Source: an uncultured archaeon
GTDB lineage: Archaea; Iainarchaeota; Iainarchaeia; Iainarchaeales; VGJJ01
DNA length: 64,000 nt
NCBI GenBank assembly: GCA_964427715.1
Contig: CAYRUV010000002.1
Span: forward strand, 85,663 to 149,662
Reading direction: 5' to 3'
The notes under the pieces were generated by a model. The model was not told where the DNA came from and did no database searches. It saw only the letters and a program-made list of their open reading frames with translations. Position numbers and translations under genes: made by a program. Below, piece after piece: positions 16,544-25,920 of this stretch (the first letter of the stretch is position 1; every line of letters starts with the position of its first letter).

Positions 16544-16864
16544 CTATCGGCGTCGAACGTACGGCGTGTAAGAAGGGCGTCGTGCAGCGGGTGCAGGGGC
16601 TTCTTCTTCCTCAACAGGTTGAGGTCGTGATCGCGTTCCAACCAACAAAATATCCTTGGCGGACAAAATGTTTTGGTACGGAATGCTTTTCTCGGCAATA
16701 ATCTTTCGAGCTTCAACTTTCGTTCGAACCTTCAAAGGCTCTGTGGTCATCGTTTCAATCTTACCTTTCTCAAGGTTAATGACTAAATCGAAGACTTTCC
16801 CCTTGTACTCTGCGTTATCTGTATAGATGTCCATTCCAAATAGCTTGGAGATGCGTACTGTCAT
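16544..16864 (-). CDS. PRC-barrel domain protein
   Basis: 106 aa with a PRC-barrel-like N-terminus (ISKLFGMDIYTDNAEYKGKVFDLVINLEKGKI) and a basic tail. Confidence 0.6.
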   Translation of the reverse strand: MTVRISKLFGMDIYTDNAEYKGKVFDLVINLEKGKIETMTTEPLKVRTKVEARKIIAEKSIPYQNILSAKDILLVGTRSRPQPVEEEEAPAPAARRPSYTPYVRRR

Positions 16865-17074
16865 AGATTTTTCCCCCTGATTTCATCCAAAATCAAGTAA
16901 GCAGTAGAACCCGAACATTGTATTTAAACTTTTGGACCAATTTCGCCGTAATTCCTTTTCACGCTTTGATTTCACAAAACTCCGTGAGTAGTGGAAGTGT
17001 GGGGGGTCGGCTTTCGTTCACATAACCCAAAAAGGAATTGATTGTTATGTATTTTTCTTATAGATAACTTTCAA

Positions 17075-18010
17075 TCATAATTTGTCCAACGGACTTTGAA
17101 CTTTCTTGATCTCTTCCTTGGAAACATGGGTGTAGATGGATGTAGTGGAGAGGTTGGCATGTCCTAGGAGGAGTTGGATCTTCCGAATGTTTTCCCCGCT
17201 ATCTAGCAGGTGAGTGGCGAATGAGTGTCTGAGCACGTGGGGGGTGACTCTCTTCATAATTTGTCCTTCTTTGGCTGCGTGACGGATGATTCGTTCCACG
17301 GTGTCGGTGGAAATAGGTTTTCCATTTTTTTTGGAAAACAAGTATTCGGATTTCACTTTTTTTCTATTCAAATATTTTTTGATTTCGCCCGACCATTTTT
17401 GTGAGAGCACTACCATACGATCTTTGTTTCCTTTTCCCCCTCTCACTTGGGCGGTGCCATTATCCCAATCAATGTCGACTAGTTTCATTTTCACGGCTTC
17501 ACTCACGCGTACGCCTGTGGAGTAGATGAATTGCAAGAGCAATCGATTTCTTCCATGTTTTGTATTCGTAAAAATGGTCTTGAGTTCGTTGAGTGTGAGT
17601 ACGCTAGGGAGTTTTTTCGCTTTCTTTGGAATTTTCACGTCTTCCACCACTCCTAATTTCAGGTGCTGCTCGAGGAAGAAGCGCAATGCTGAATGCATGA
17701 GTGAAAGGGTGGCATTGGACACATTTTGTTCGCGCGCCTGGGCGAGAAAAGAGATGACGTCTTGTTTGGTCATTGTTTCAGGTGTCTTGCGTGTGTGTTC
17801 CAAGAATTTTTGGGCGTAGATCAAATACATTTTGATTGTTTTGGGAGAGTATCCCGTGACTAACAATTCTTGTCGGAATGCGGTGAGTGTTTGTTGGGCC
17901 GCAGGGGAAAGGGGTTCCTTTCCATCGGTTTTTAGTTCGACCACCGAAAGAGTGGGGGTGATTTGGGTGTTGTCGTTTCCAGGTGAGAGGGGTTCCATTA
18001 CCCAGTACAC
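17075..18010 (-). CDS. tyrosine recombinase (XerA/XerC/D-like integrase)
   Basis: N-terminal SAM-like core-binding domain (GYSPKTIKMYLIYAQKFLEH). The catalytic region has R (STGVRVSE), HVLRHSFATHLL and LLGHANLSTTSIYTHV (catalytic Tyr). Confidence 0.9.
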   Translation of the reverse strand: MYWVMEPLSPGNDNTQITPTLSVVELKTDGKEPLSPAAQQTLTAFRQELLVTGYSPKTIKMYLIYAQKFLEHTRKTPETMTKQDVISFLAQAREQNVSNATLSLMHSALRFFLEQHLKLGVVEDVKIPKKAKKLPSVLTLNELKTIFTNTKHGRNRLLLQFIYSTGVRVSEAVKMKLVDIDWDNGTAQVRGGKGNKDRMVVLSQKWSGEIKKYLNRKKVKSEYLFSKKNGKPISTDTVERIIRHAAKEGQIMKRVTPHVLRHSFATHLLDSGENIRKIQLLLGHANLSTTSIYTHVSKEEIKKVQSPLDKL

Positions 18011-18034
18011 TGCTTTGCAGGATAAAATGCTGCC

Positions 18035-18304
18035 CTATTCTTCGTCGGAGTTGGTCTTTTTCTCGTCTTTGGGGGCGTCGGCGACTTCTTCTTCCCATTC
18101 TTGGAGGACTTTGCCCTTTTTGCCTTTCTTGACTTCTTCAAAGTCTTCAACGAGTTCTTCGGTTTCCTCATCGTCTAAGCCGAGCATATGGAGCTTTTCC
18201 TTATGATCATCCTTCGTGAGCTTGTCAAACTGCTCTTTCCAGATGCGGTCTTCCGGCTTGACGATTTTCCCTTCCGGGTGCTTTCGGTTCTTCAATGAAG
18301 GCAT
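18035..18304 (-). CDS. small acidic Lys/Glu-rich hypothetical protein
   Basis: 89-aa ORF located 24 nt upstream of the recombinase on the same strand. Confidence 0.45.
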   Translation of the reverse strand: MPSLKNRKHPEGKIVKPEDRIWKEQFDKLTKDDHKEKLHMLGLDDEETEELVEDFEEVKKGKKGKVLQEWEEEVADAPKDEKKTNSDEE

Positions 18305-18725
18305 ACTATTTTCTTCTTTCCACGGTCTTTATAAGCGCGCCATTCTTCTTTATGTGGAACGCTAACCCGTAATGTTTATATACAACGTAAGACCCATTCT
18401 CTATTCCCTAGCATTTTTCCAGCACCATCATTGAGCCGGTGGGGTTGGTTCAGTCATTAACACACCAAAGGAAGGGGTCCCAGATGAAAGTTGAAGTATC
18501 CGAGGAACTGCGCCTGAAACTGTTGGAAGAGGAGTTCAAACTCCGCTCTAAGCAGCCGACTGCGTGGACGAAGACGAAATTTCGCCCCTACGCGAATTTT
18601 CGCCGACCGAAGACTGAACAAGTGATGCAGTAAGCACACTGTTCTTTCTCATCTTTTTTTCTCTTTGTTTTTTCAGTTTCACTTCTTTCATCACCCTTAA
18701 ATAGCGGGTTTCCGTTTCCATTTGC

Positions 18726-19178
18726 ATGGACTTCAACACGCCCACTATTCTCATTGGAATTCTTCTCGTTGCAGGAATCGCAGCATTGTATCTTTTCGCG
18801 CCCGATTTTTCTCCTACTGCACTTGTAACCACGGCTATTCCTCCTTCCAACCCTTTTGTGGGTAAGGTCACGCACAATATTGATCAAATATTTCGCGACA
18901 GTCCGCAAGCGGTAATTGAGCAGGATGGTCGCACCGGATTATTGTTGCCGGGCGGGAATTCCGTTCAGTTTGCGAATGATCCATCCACGACTGACAAAGA
19001 TGTAGTATTCATTCTCAACGCGACGCATCATTCGATTGCACAGTTTCATTCGTATCCTGAATTTGTTTCGAATGAGTTTACCTATATTTCTCCCGAACAG
19101 CTCGCAGGGGAAAACCCCTACGTTCGAGCGCAATATCCGGACGGATTATATTTGATGCCTGTGGATATCGAAGGATAA
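18726..19178 (+). CDS. membrane-anchored hypothetical protein
   Basis: 150 aa with an N-terminal TM helix (ILIGILLVAGIAALYLF) and an extracytoplasmic remainder. Confidence 0.55.
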   Translation: MDFNTPTILIGILLVAGIAALYLFAPDFSPTALVTTAIPPSNPFVGKVTHNIDQIFRDSPQAVIEQDGRTGLLLPGGNSVQFANDPSTTDKDVVFILNATHHSIAQFHSYPEFVSNEFTYISPEQLAGENPYVRAQYPDGLYLMPVDIEG

Positions 19179-19181
19179 CGT

Positions 19182-19559
19182 ATGCGTTCAACGGACTGGC
19201 TCATCTCAGTCGGCTTCACCATTTTTGCTTATCTCTTCTTTGTCAATTTTGAATCGCTTCGTTTAGGTGGGTTGGTTGTATTTTCATTTTTGTTCGCATA
19301 CTACATTTCCACGGATGAATGGCGTTTAGGTCGGGCCGTGTTGCTTTCTATCCTTCCCATCTTGTTGTCGGTGGCATTGTTGTTCATCGCGCCCCTATTT
19401 TGGACAACGGTCATTGAACAATCCGCGCGCGGTCCGGCATTGACGGCGGCGGCGTATGGTTTTTTGGTGATGCTCGTCCTTTCCATTCTCATTGGAATTC
19501 CCCTCGCGTGCGCGGGAGCGATGATTCGTCATTATCGCGTGGTGCGCGTGGCGGATTAG
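19182..19559 (+). CDS. polytopic membrane protein (about 4 TM)
   Basis: 125 aa, starting 3 nt after the previous gene, with four hydrophobic segments. Confidence 0.55.
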   Translation: MRSTDWLISVGFTIFAYLFFVNFESLRLGGLVVFSFLFAYYISTDEWRLGRAVLLSILPILLSVALLFIAPLFWTTVIEQSARGPALTAAAYGFLVMLVLSILIGIPLACAGAMIRHYRVVRVAD

Positions 19560-22500
19560 TTTTTCTTTCGACTTCCGGTAATGGTTTCAGTTCAATTGGT
19601 TCGATTTTTTTCTTCTTCCATTCTTTCCGAATGAAGAATCCTCCCACAATCACAATTATTCCAATCAGCGGCCATCCAATGGGTGGAACAGATACGAGTC
19701 CGCTTAGTCGGTTTTCAGATGAATAATAATGATGGAGATTTTTTCCGACGAAAATAGCCTTTCCAAATTCCTCCTTTTGAATGGCTTGTTCTAATTTCTC
19801 CCACGCCTCTTTGACGTCCTCTCGACTGTCGTGTTGTGCACGGTCTCTCAGGCTCGTTTCAAGTCCGCGGGCGGTTTTTTCTACTTCCTCAATGGCATCA
19901 TTGGTGTTTTGGGCGCGCTGTTTCCACTTGTCTATGTTTTTTTCAGCCTCCTCCTCATCGAGAATTTTTTGTTCATTGGTGGTTTTTTCTGATCCATTTC
20001 TTTTTCTCATTTGTTCTTCTTTCTTGGTGTCGGCATCCCATTCTTTGTTCCACTCTTTCAGTGTTTTTTCATCAATGGGGCAATAGTATCCAACTTCGGA
20101 GAGTTTGGCACAGGTAATTCCCAGACTCTTCTGGTATTTTTCCATTTTTTCTTTGGCATTGGACATGCTTTCGTGCATTTCCTCTAGGTGTTTGCTGAAA
20201 CGTTCTTCCTGAATCGGTTTTTGTATACCTGTTTGAGTTGGTTGAGGAATTTCCTCTCCTTTCTCTCCTTTTTCCTTGAGTTGCATTACCTCCTGGGCTA
20301 GTGCCGGCCATTTTTCAGGATTGGTGTTTGAATGAATTTTGTTCCAAAGCTTCTGGGCCTCGGCGGAAATCAATGCGTTTTCGTTTTCCAACCATTGGTA
20401 AATTTCGTCTTCCAGTACTTCTTGAATGAATGGGGTTTCTTCGTTTTCTTTGGAAAGTAGAATTGATACTGTTCGATGGCCGCTTTGGGGGATGGCTACG
20501 TCTTGAAGGATGATGTCGCCGAGCACGCCGATGGAGTAGGGGATCGTGTGTCCGCTCTCATCTAGTGCCAGAATAGTAATCGTTCCCGAGAAAGGTGAGA
20601 TGATTCCCGTCTTGATGGATGTCGAGTAGGGGTGTTCGGTGGTGTTGGTAATAGTAACGTCATACCATTCATTCACACTCTCTTCATCTTTTTCCTGTTT
20701 TAGAAGGGTTGTTTTCACGGTCATGATTCCTTTCTGGACGAATTGGAGTGTAATTTCCTCGTCTGATTCATCGATTGAAATAATCCCTCCCAATTCGTTG
20801 CTGGACGGATCTACTTGAATTATTTTTCCATCCATTTTGCCTTGAATAGGGGGGATAATGTTTCCTCCTATAACTTTCCAATTCCACTGTGCGGAATCAC
20901 TGTTGGCCTTTGCGTGAATCGAGAGGGTGGTTTCTATTGTCGCTTCGTCTCCAATGATTTGTTTAACGTTTGTTAGTACTGTGAGGGCGTTCCATTCTCC
21001 TTTTCCTTTTCCGCTAATGGTTAGCCCTGTTTTTGGGAGGGAAATATTTTCGATTTCTATTTTTTTGTTCACACTGTTTGTCCATTCATCGTCGGGGAGG
21101 AAGTTTGATATTGGTTCCTGGATGTAAAGGGTTCCGTTTAACGTGATGCTCTGGCCAAACGGGTTGGGGATGTGTATTTCTGCTTCGGCTTCTACTTCTC
21201 CCAGTCCTATCGGCTGAGGTTTCATTACTTTCCACTTGCTTTCATTCACTTGAATTTGCAGTCCAGTCATCAATGTGTTTTCGACGGCGCTTACTATTTC
21301 CTCAAGTATTTCGGCATACTCTTCGGCTTCTTCGGGGAGTAAAATGGGTGGATCCTTTCCTATTTTTTCCAGTTCAATTTTCCATTTTTCTTCAAGTGTA
21401 TAGTATTTTGGGGCTGAATGGGTGGCGTGGTAAATCGTCTCTTTTAATATTTTGAGTTTTTCCCAATTTTCCATCCATGTTTGTGTGAGTGAGTCCTTCG
21501 CGTACTGGTTTTCAAGTGCCATTTTCATACTTTCACATCCCGGTAGTGCGGCTTCCACTCCGTATTCAGCGATAAACGGTTCCAATTCAATCGGGTTTCC
21601 TCCCAGCGCGGATTGGAGAAGATTCACTTTTTCCAAACATGCGGTCATTTGGATGGTCCAGTTTGGTTTTTCCCATTCAAACGTGCTTGTTTCGACTGTC
21701 CATTGAATGGTGTCGCAAGGGTCTTCGTTTTTGACCTTTCCCACTTCCATTTTTTCTTGAAGGGTCATGCACGCATTCTCGAGCGAGTTGTTAGTTTCTG
21801 TTTGTAGGGCAATGCGATTTTCCCAATCGTTCATCAATTTTTCTACTTTTCGTATTCGCTCTATGCGTTGGCCGAGGGGTTGATTTTTTTCAATGGCACT
21901 GTCTTTGGCTTTTTTCATTTCGGTGTCAATTATTTGATTGCTCATTCCCGTTTCTTCTTTCCATGTGGCTTGAACATGGTGGGCGTGGAAGAATGGTTGC
22001 AGTTCATTCCACTGGTTTTGTTTTTTCTCCGTTTCAATCTCCAATTGATTTTGTTTTTCTACTAATTCGTGGGCGCGCATTTCCAATTCGGCCACTTTCT
22101 CGCTTTCCATTTTTTCAAGAGTCTGCCATTCCTTTTCCATTCCTATGACGAGTGAAATCGCTTGAATGGCCAATCCATTGGTGGGGGCGGTGGTAATTTC
22201 GACGCTCTGGATCATCTCTTCGGCTTGGATGGATTGCATGAGCGTGATGGCGCTGTTTTTGGTTTTTCCTTTCGTTAAGGAGGATATTGCACTTTTCCAT
22301 ATCGTGGAGAACCAGATGATGGTCTTTTTCTTTTCCGGGTACGCAATTCCAACTCCTGTATCATACCATGAAAATGCGTCTTTCCAGTCGAATGAAGCAG
22401 ATGGTAAGGGTTGGTTGGAGAGCTTTTGGCCTATTTCCGAATAGTATTCTTGATTTTTTCCCCACTCTTTTCCCCATTCGTTGGTTTCATTTCCAGTGGC

Positions 22501-23010
22501 TACGTTGTGGAGAATTTCAAGGGCGCGGGCGTATTGGTCATACAGTTGGGTGTCCTTGATTCGTTCTAATTCCTCCTGAGCGGCTCTTTCCGTCGCGGCA
22601 TGCAGGGCGGTGAGTGCGGTCCAGTTTGATTTCTCCGCGGATTGGAGGGCGGTTTGGAGTGCCCCGGCTGCGGGCAGGCCATTCTGGATGACGTTTGTTA
22701 TGTTCCCTTTTTCACAGGCGGAATTGGCTTTCTCCAAGAGCGTTTGAGCATTGCGCAGGGCATTCCACGCTTGGATAATGTGGTGTTGGACTTCCACCAT
22801 TTCTTTTTTCACAGGAAGATGCTGGAATGGGGGGACTTCCATCATTTTTTTCCACTCGACGGAGCATTCTTCGTTCGTCTTGCAGTTAGGAACATCCACT
22901 ACTTGCGTCTGGGTGGTATGGATGCACGCGGCTATCTCGGCCGCATTCATGCTGGTATTGACACATCCACTCACGAAGACGATGAGAATAATTCCGAGCG
23001 CAATCTTCAT
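19489..23010 (-). CDS. large envelope protein (1,173 aa): lipobox-like N-terminus, helical and beta-rich ectodomain, C-terminal TM anchor
   Basis: MKIALGIILIVFVSGC at the N-terminus, and PLIGIIVIVGGFFIRKEWKKKK near the C-terminus. Long Glu/Lys/Trp-rich helical regions flank a beta-rich middle. No family recognised. Confidence 0.8.
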   Translation of the reverse strand: MKIALGIILIVFVSGCVNTSMNAAEIAACIHTTQTQVVDVPNCKTNEECSVEWKKMMEVPPFQHLPVKKEMVEVQHHIIQAWNALRNAQTLLEKANSACEKGNITNVIQNGLPAAGALQTALQSAEKSNWTALTALHAATERAAQEELERIKDTQLYDQYARALEILHNVATGNETNEWGKEWGKNQEYYSEIGQKLSNQPLPSASFDWKDAFSWYDTGVGIAYPEKKKTIIWFSTIWKSAISSLTKGKTKNSAITLMQSIQAEEMIQSVEITTAPTNGLAIQAISLVIGMEKEWQTLEKMESEKVAELEMRAHELVEKQNQLEIETEKKQNQWNELQPFFHAHHVQATWKEETGMSNQIIDTEMKKAKDSAIEKNQPLGQRIERIRKVEKLMNDWENRIALQTETNNSLENACMTLQEKMEVGKVKNEDPCDTIQWTVETSTFEWEKPNWTIQMTACLEKVNLLQSALGGNPIELEPFIAEYGVEAALPGCESMKMALENQYAKDSLTQTWMENWEKLKILKETIYHATHSAPKYYTLEEKWKIELEKIGKDPPILLPEEAEEYAEILEEIVSAVENTLMTGLQIQVNESKWKVMKPQPIGLGEVEAEAEIHIPNPFGQSITLNGTLYIQEPISNFLPDDEWTNSVNKKIEIENISLPKTGLTISGKGKGEWNALTVLTNVKQIIGDEATIETTLSIHAKANSDSAQWNWKVIGGNIIPPIQGKMDGKIIQVDPSSNELGGIISIDESDEEITLQFVQKGIMTVKTTLLKQEKDEESVNEWYDVTITNTTEHPYSTSIKTGIISPFSGTITILALDESGHTIPYSIGVLGDIILQDVAIPQSGHRTVSILLSKENEETPFIQEVLEDEIYQWLENENALISAEAQKLWNKIHSNTNPEKWPALAQEVMQLKEKGEKGEEIPQPTQTGIQKPIQEERFSKHLEEMHESMSNAKEKMEKYQKSLGITCAKLSEVGYYCPIDEKTLKEWNKEWDADTKKEEQMRKRNGSEKTTNEQKILDEEEAEKNIDKWKQRAQNTNDAIEEVEKTARGLETSLRDRAQHDSREDVKEAWEKLEQAIQKEEFGKAIFVGKNLHHYYSSENRLSGLVSVPPIGWPLIGIIVIVGGFFIRKEWKKKKIEPIELKPLPEVERKTNPPRAPRDNDESSLPRTRGEFQ

Positions 23011-23058
23011 GCGCTTTTTCTCGCCGCGTGCGAGTTAAAAGCCTAGGGGAAATTTTTC

Positions 23059-23316
23059 TCACGCGCACTCAGTAATAGTTGCCTTGCCGTGGTTGAGTTG
23101 GATTCCATTCACAAGGCAGTCGACTTGTTCTTTGAGGAGTGTATTTTGGGTGGTGAGGGCTTCTTGTTGATCAATCGAGGCAGCTCGGGCAGGGTTGGTG
23201 AAGGGTTCCACATACGTGGCGAGTGATACGCCGATTATGACTCCCACCAGTAGCAAAATAATTCCCATCCACGCAGTGGGGGATAATCCTTTGGGGTGAT
23301 GTCCTTTGTCGTCCAT
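23059..23316 (-). CDS. small single-TM protein
   Basis: 85 aa with TM helix WMGIILLLVGVIIGVSLATYV followed by a short coiled-coil-like tail. It lies directly upstream of the 1,173-aa gene on the same strand. Confidence 0.5.
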   Translation of the reverse strand: MDDKGHHPKGLSPTAWMGIILLLVGVIIGVSLATYVEPFTNPARAASIDQQEALTTQNTLLKEQVDCLVNGIQLNHGKATITECA

Positions 23317-23350
23317 GCATGCTATGCAGCCCGGTTTCGTTTTTTAACGT

Positions 23351-23761
23351 TTGGTTGGTTTCTTAGTGATGCGTGCCTCTTCTCGATGGTTTTCTCCCTT
23401 ACTTCAGCGTTCGATTGGGACGACCAATCTAGTGCAGGAGAAGTACCCGGGTTGTGTCTTCCGTCTCGATAAGAGGGAGATACAGAAAGGAAAGATGATT
23501 CGTCAGATACGTTTCGAGATTCAGGGAAAGCGTCTGGTTCAAGCCCGGGCGGAGGTGGACCTTGTTAATTCGTCTCCCGCGGTGGTCAAGCTGTTGAAAG
23601 AGACGAATACTCCGATTGGGGAGATTGTCCGAAACTACAAGGTGCGCCGGACTCGTTTGCGTTCTACCACCCGCACGAGGGAGTTTCATTTCATTGGGGA
23701 TTTGCGTGCGAAAGTCTGGGAGCGATTCTACGCGCCCAAATTGAAGGCCACCCTCGTCTGA
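23351..23761 (+). CDS. hypothetical protein, tandem paralogue 1 (possibly chorismate-lyase/UTRA-like fold)
   Basis: It shares GKMIR....(I/V).G......(R/A).E(V/I)DL..S.P..V..L......P(I/L)G..V.....RRTR.R.T.RTRE(F/Y)HFIGDL.AKVW(E/D)RF with 23799-24185. The fold assignment is a guess. Confidence 0.5.
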   Translation: MVGFLVMRASSRWFSPLLQRSIGTTNLVQEKYPGCVFRLDKREIQKGKMIRQIRFEIQGKRLVQARAEVDLVNSSPAVVKLLKETNTPIGEIVRNYKVRRTRLRSTTRTREFHFIGDLRAKVWERFYAPKLKATLV

Positions 23762-23798
23762 GCGGGCTCGTTTATTAAGTCCCCCGTCCGCATTTCGT

Positions 23799-24185
23799 AT
23801 GCGCAATACCAATCGCCGCTGGTTCACGGAATTGTTGAAGCATCCAGAGTCCACGGCTTTTTTTGCCCATTCCCTCTTTCCCGATGCTAAGCTGAAGCTG
23901 ACCAAAAAAGAGACTCCAAATGGAAAGATGATTCGCCACTTCGAGATGCGTGTGAAGGGGCAGCTCATTCTCAAGGGGAGGTCGGAAATCGACTTGTCGG
24001 CCTCTAATCCTAAACTCGTGGAACGATTACGTTCCACGGATCAACCCCTAGGGTTGTTAGTGAAGGATTTCAATGTTCGCCGGACGCGAGTGCGTGCAAC
24101 TTCGCGCACGCGTGAATACCACTTCATTGGGGACCTGCACGCGAAGGTGTGGGATCGTTTTTTCGTGCTGCGTGACAGTGAGTAA
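23799..24185 (+). CDS. hypothetical protein, tandem paralogue 2
   Basis: See 23351-23761. 128 aa. Confidence 0.5.
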   Translation: MRNTNRRWFTELLKHPESTAFFAHSLFPDAKLKLTKKETPNGKMIRHFEMRVKGQLILKGRSEIDLSASNPKLVERLRSTDQPLGLLVKDFNVRRTRVRATSRTREYHFIGDLHAKVWDRFFVLRDSE

Positions 24186-25388
24186 TTATTGAATGACGCC
24201 AAAATCATTGGGGCTTTCTTTGACTTCTTGGGTGGCAACAGAATATTCCATGGCGTCCAAATTGACTGGGGCATTTTCGACATTTATTTTTTCGAAGAAT
24301 TTATCGTAATCAATCCACGTTTTCTTGTGGTATTTTTTCTTGGCGAGAAGGATGACGTCGCTTGGGGCGTGTTCTCCGGCATATTCATAGTCGGTTGAGA
24401 GGTATTCGAGGACTTTCATTCCGAATGTTTTAACTTCCTCGAAGGTGGGCATCTTGTCTCGGGTGAGTCGCTTCTGACTCTCGCCCACGTGCATGTATCC
24501 TTTGATCTCTACAAAGTCGAAATCGCCCATTCGAAGTAGTTCGGCGTATTTTTCGGGCTGAACGTCATTGATTCCCTTTACTACTGTTAATCGTGCGGTG
24601 GTGCGGTATTTTTTCTTCGCCACTTCGCGAATGGATTGGATGTATCTCTCCCAAAAATCAGGGAAGAGGGGTTTGTCAAGTTCTTTCAACACGTCTTCAT
24701 TGGGGGCGTCCAGGCTCAAGTAGAGTTGGGTGATGGTGTTCAAGTTTTTGATGGCCTCGGGGTATTGGGCGTTGGTCACGAGGAATGTGGAGATTCTTTT
24801 AGCGTGGAACTTTTTGCAAAGTTCGTTGATTTTTGGATAGGCGATGGGTTCTCCCGTCAGGCTAAGCGCGACGTGTCCGACGAATTTGCTCTGATCGAAC
24901 GCCGCTTTGGATACTTTTTCGTTTCCTCCAAACCCATTCAACAGGGTCTTATGGGCTTGCAGGCTTTCTTCGATGATGAAGTCTGGATCATCCACTTCCC
25001 AGTTCCATTCCTTTGTTACCGGTGCTTTGGTTCCTCTCCAGCAGAATGTGCAGCGGTTGGCGCAGCTCAAGTTGACGGTCATCTGCATGCACTGATGTGA
25101 TCGGATTCCGTAGAATTTGAATTTGTAGCAGCCCCCTTCTCCGCGAAGCATGTTTTTGGTCCACCCGCAGACTTTGACGGCGGAATGGTTTCCCACAATT
25201 CGATATTGTTGTTTTTCGAGTTCGGTCCGGTAGGTGGGTGGAAACTGGTTTTTGGTTTCCGCGTTCAATGTGTCGGTGAGGGTTTCCTGACCCAATACGG
25301 GCAACATAACGAGTTTGGGTGGAAATACGGTTAAAAAATGGCCCTTTAAAAGGTCGAAAACCCCCATTACATGAATGGTCTCTCCCAA
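24186..25388 (-). CDS. taw1: tRNA 4-demethylwyosine synthase Taw1/TYW1 (radical SAM)
   Basis: Radical-SAM motif CANRCTFCWR, upstream KVCGWTK and FYGIRSHQCMQMT. The true start may be ATG 25304 (MLPVLGQ). Confidence 0.85.
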   Translation of the reverse strand: MGETIHVMGVFDLLKGHFLTVFPPKLVMLPVLGQETLTDTLNAETKNQFPPTYRTELEKQQYRIVGNHSAVKVCGWTKNMLRGEGGCYKFKFYGIRSHQCMQMTVNLSCANRCTFCWRGTKAPVTKEWNWEVDDPDFIIEESLQAHKTLLNGFGGNEKVSKAAFDQSKFVGHVALSLTGEPIAYPKINELCKKFHAKRISTFLVTNAQYPEAIKNLNTITQLYLSLDAPNEDVLKELDKPLFPDFWERYIQSIREVAKKKYRTTARLTVVKGINDVQPEKYAELLRMGDFDFVEIKGYMHVGESQKRLTRDKMPTFEEVKTFGMKVLEYLSTDYEYAGEHAPSDVILLAKKKYHKKTWIDYDKFFEKINVENAPVNLDAMEYSVATQEVKESPNDFGVIQ

Positions 25389-25602
25389 TCCACGAAAAAA
25401 GAAGCATCAGTCTCCTTCTGCGCTCCGTTCGCGTATTGAAAAGGATGCGCTGCGGGATATGTACCCTCCGCGCAAGAAAAAGTTCATTCGAGAGGGGTAA
25501 AGGGAAGGGTTCCCTCCCTCCTTGAGTCCTTTTGGCTGCCCTTTCGGAAAACGTTTTTATATCCCCTAATCGTTCATGCACCATTGAGGGGGAATGTAAA
25601 CC

Positions 25603-25872
25603 ATGTACAAATACGCAATTGCTCGCCAATTGGCGACGAAAAGAGTCATTACGAACAGGGGAGACGAGGTAGGTCGCTTATCCGACTTGCTCGTGGACGA
25701 GAACTCAGGGAACATTGAGGCTTTGATCGTGGAAGTCGATCCCGAATCCAAGGTCATCAAGCGAGTGAACCTGCAGGACCGAGTCATTCAGATTCCGTAT
25801 GCAGCTGTTACCGCCGTTTCGGATGTTTTTATCGTGGACGAACGAGAAATTCAGTCCATGGAAGAGAAGTAA
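25603..25872 (+). CDS. PRC-barrel domain protein
   Basis: 89 aa; VITNRGDEVGRLSDLLVDENSGNIEALIVEV...IQIPYAAVTAVSDVFIV is typical of a PRC barrel. Confidence 0.65.
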   Translation: MYKYAIARQLATKRVITNRGDEVGRLSDLLVDENSGNIEALIVEVDPESKVIKRVNLQDRVIQIPYAAVTAVSDVFIVDEREIQSMEEK

Positions 25873-25920
25873 GGGGAAATAATCCATTTCCCCCCTCATT
25901 TTCCATTTTCTTTGTTGATA

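Larger units (their letters stand above)
15024..18304. mobile_element. possible tRNA-adjacent integrated element or remnant (boundaries unknown)
   Basis: A tyrosine recombinase lies 2 kb from the tRNA-iMet 3' end, with orphan genes between and lower GC than the flanks (about 30-43% in hand-counted 60-nt lines versus about 55-60%). I found no att direct repeat by eye. Confidence 0.25.

Noticed and set aside
24988-25629. A 213-aa minus-strand ORF overlapping the 5' part of taw1 and its upstream region.
   Set aside because: It is in an alternative frame of the taw1 region, with Arg/Gly/Pro-rich low-complexity translation. The taw1 frame carries the radical-SAM motifs.
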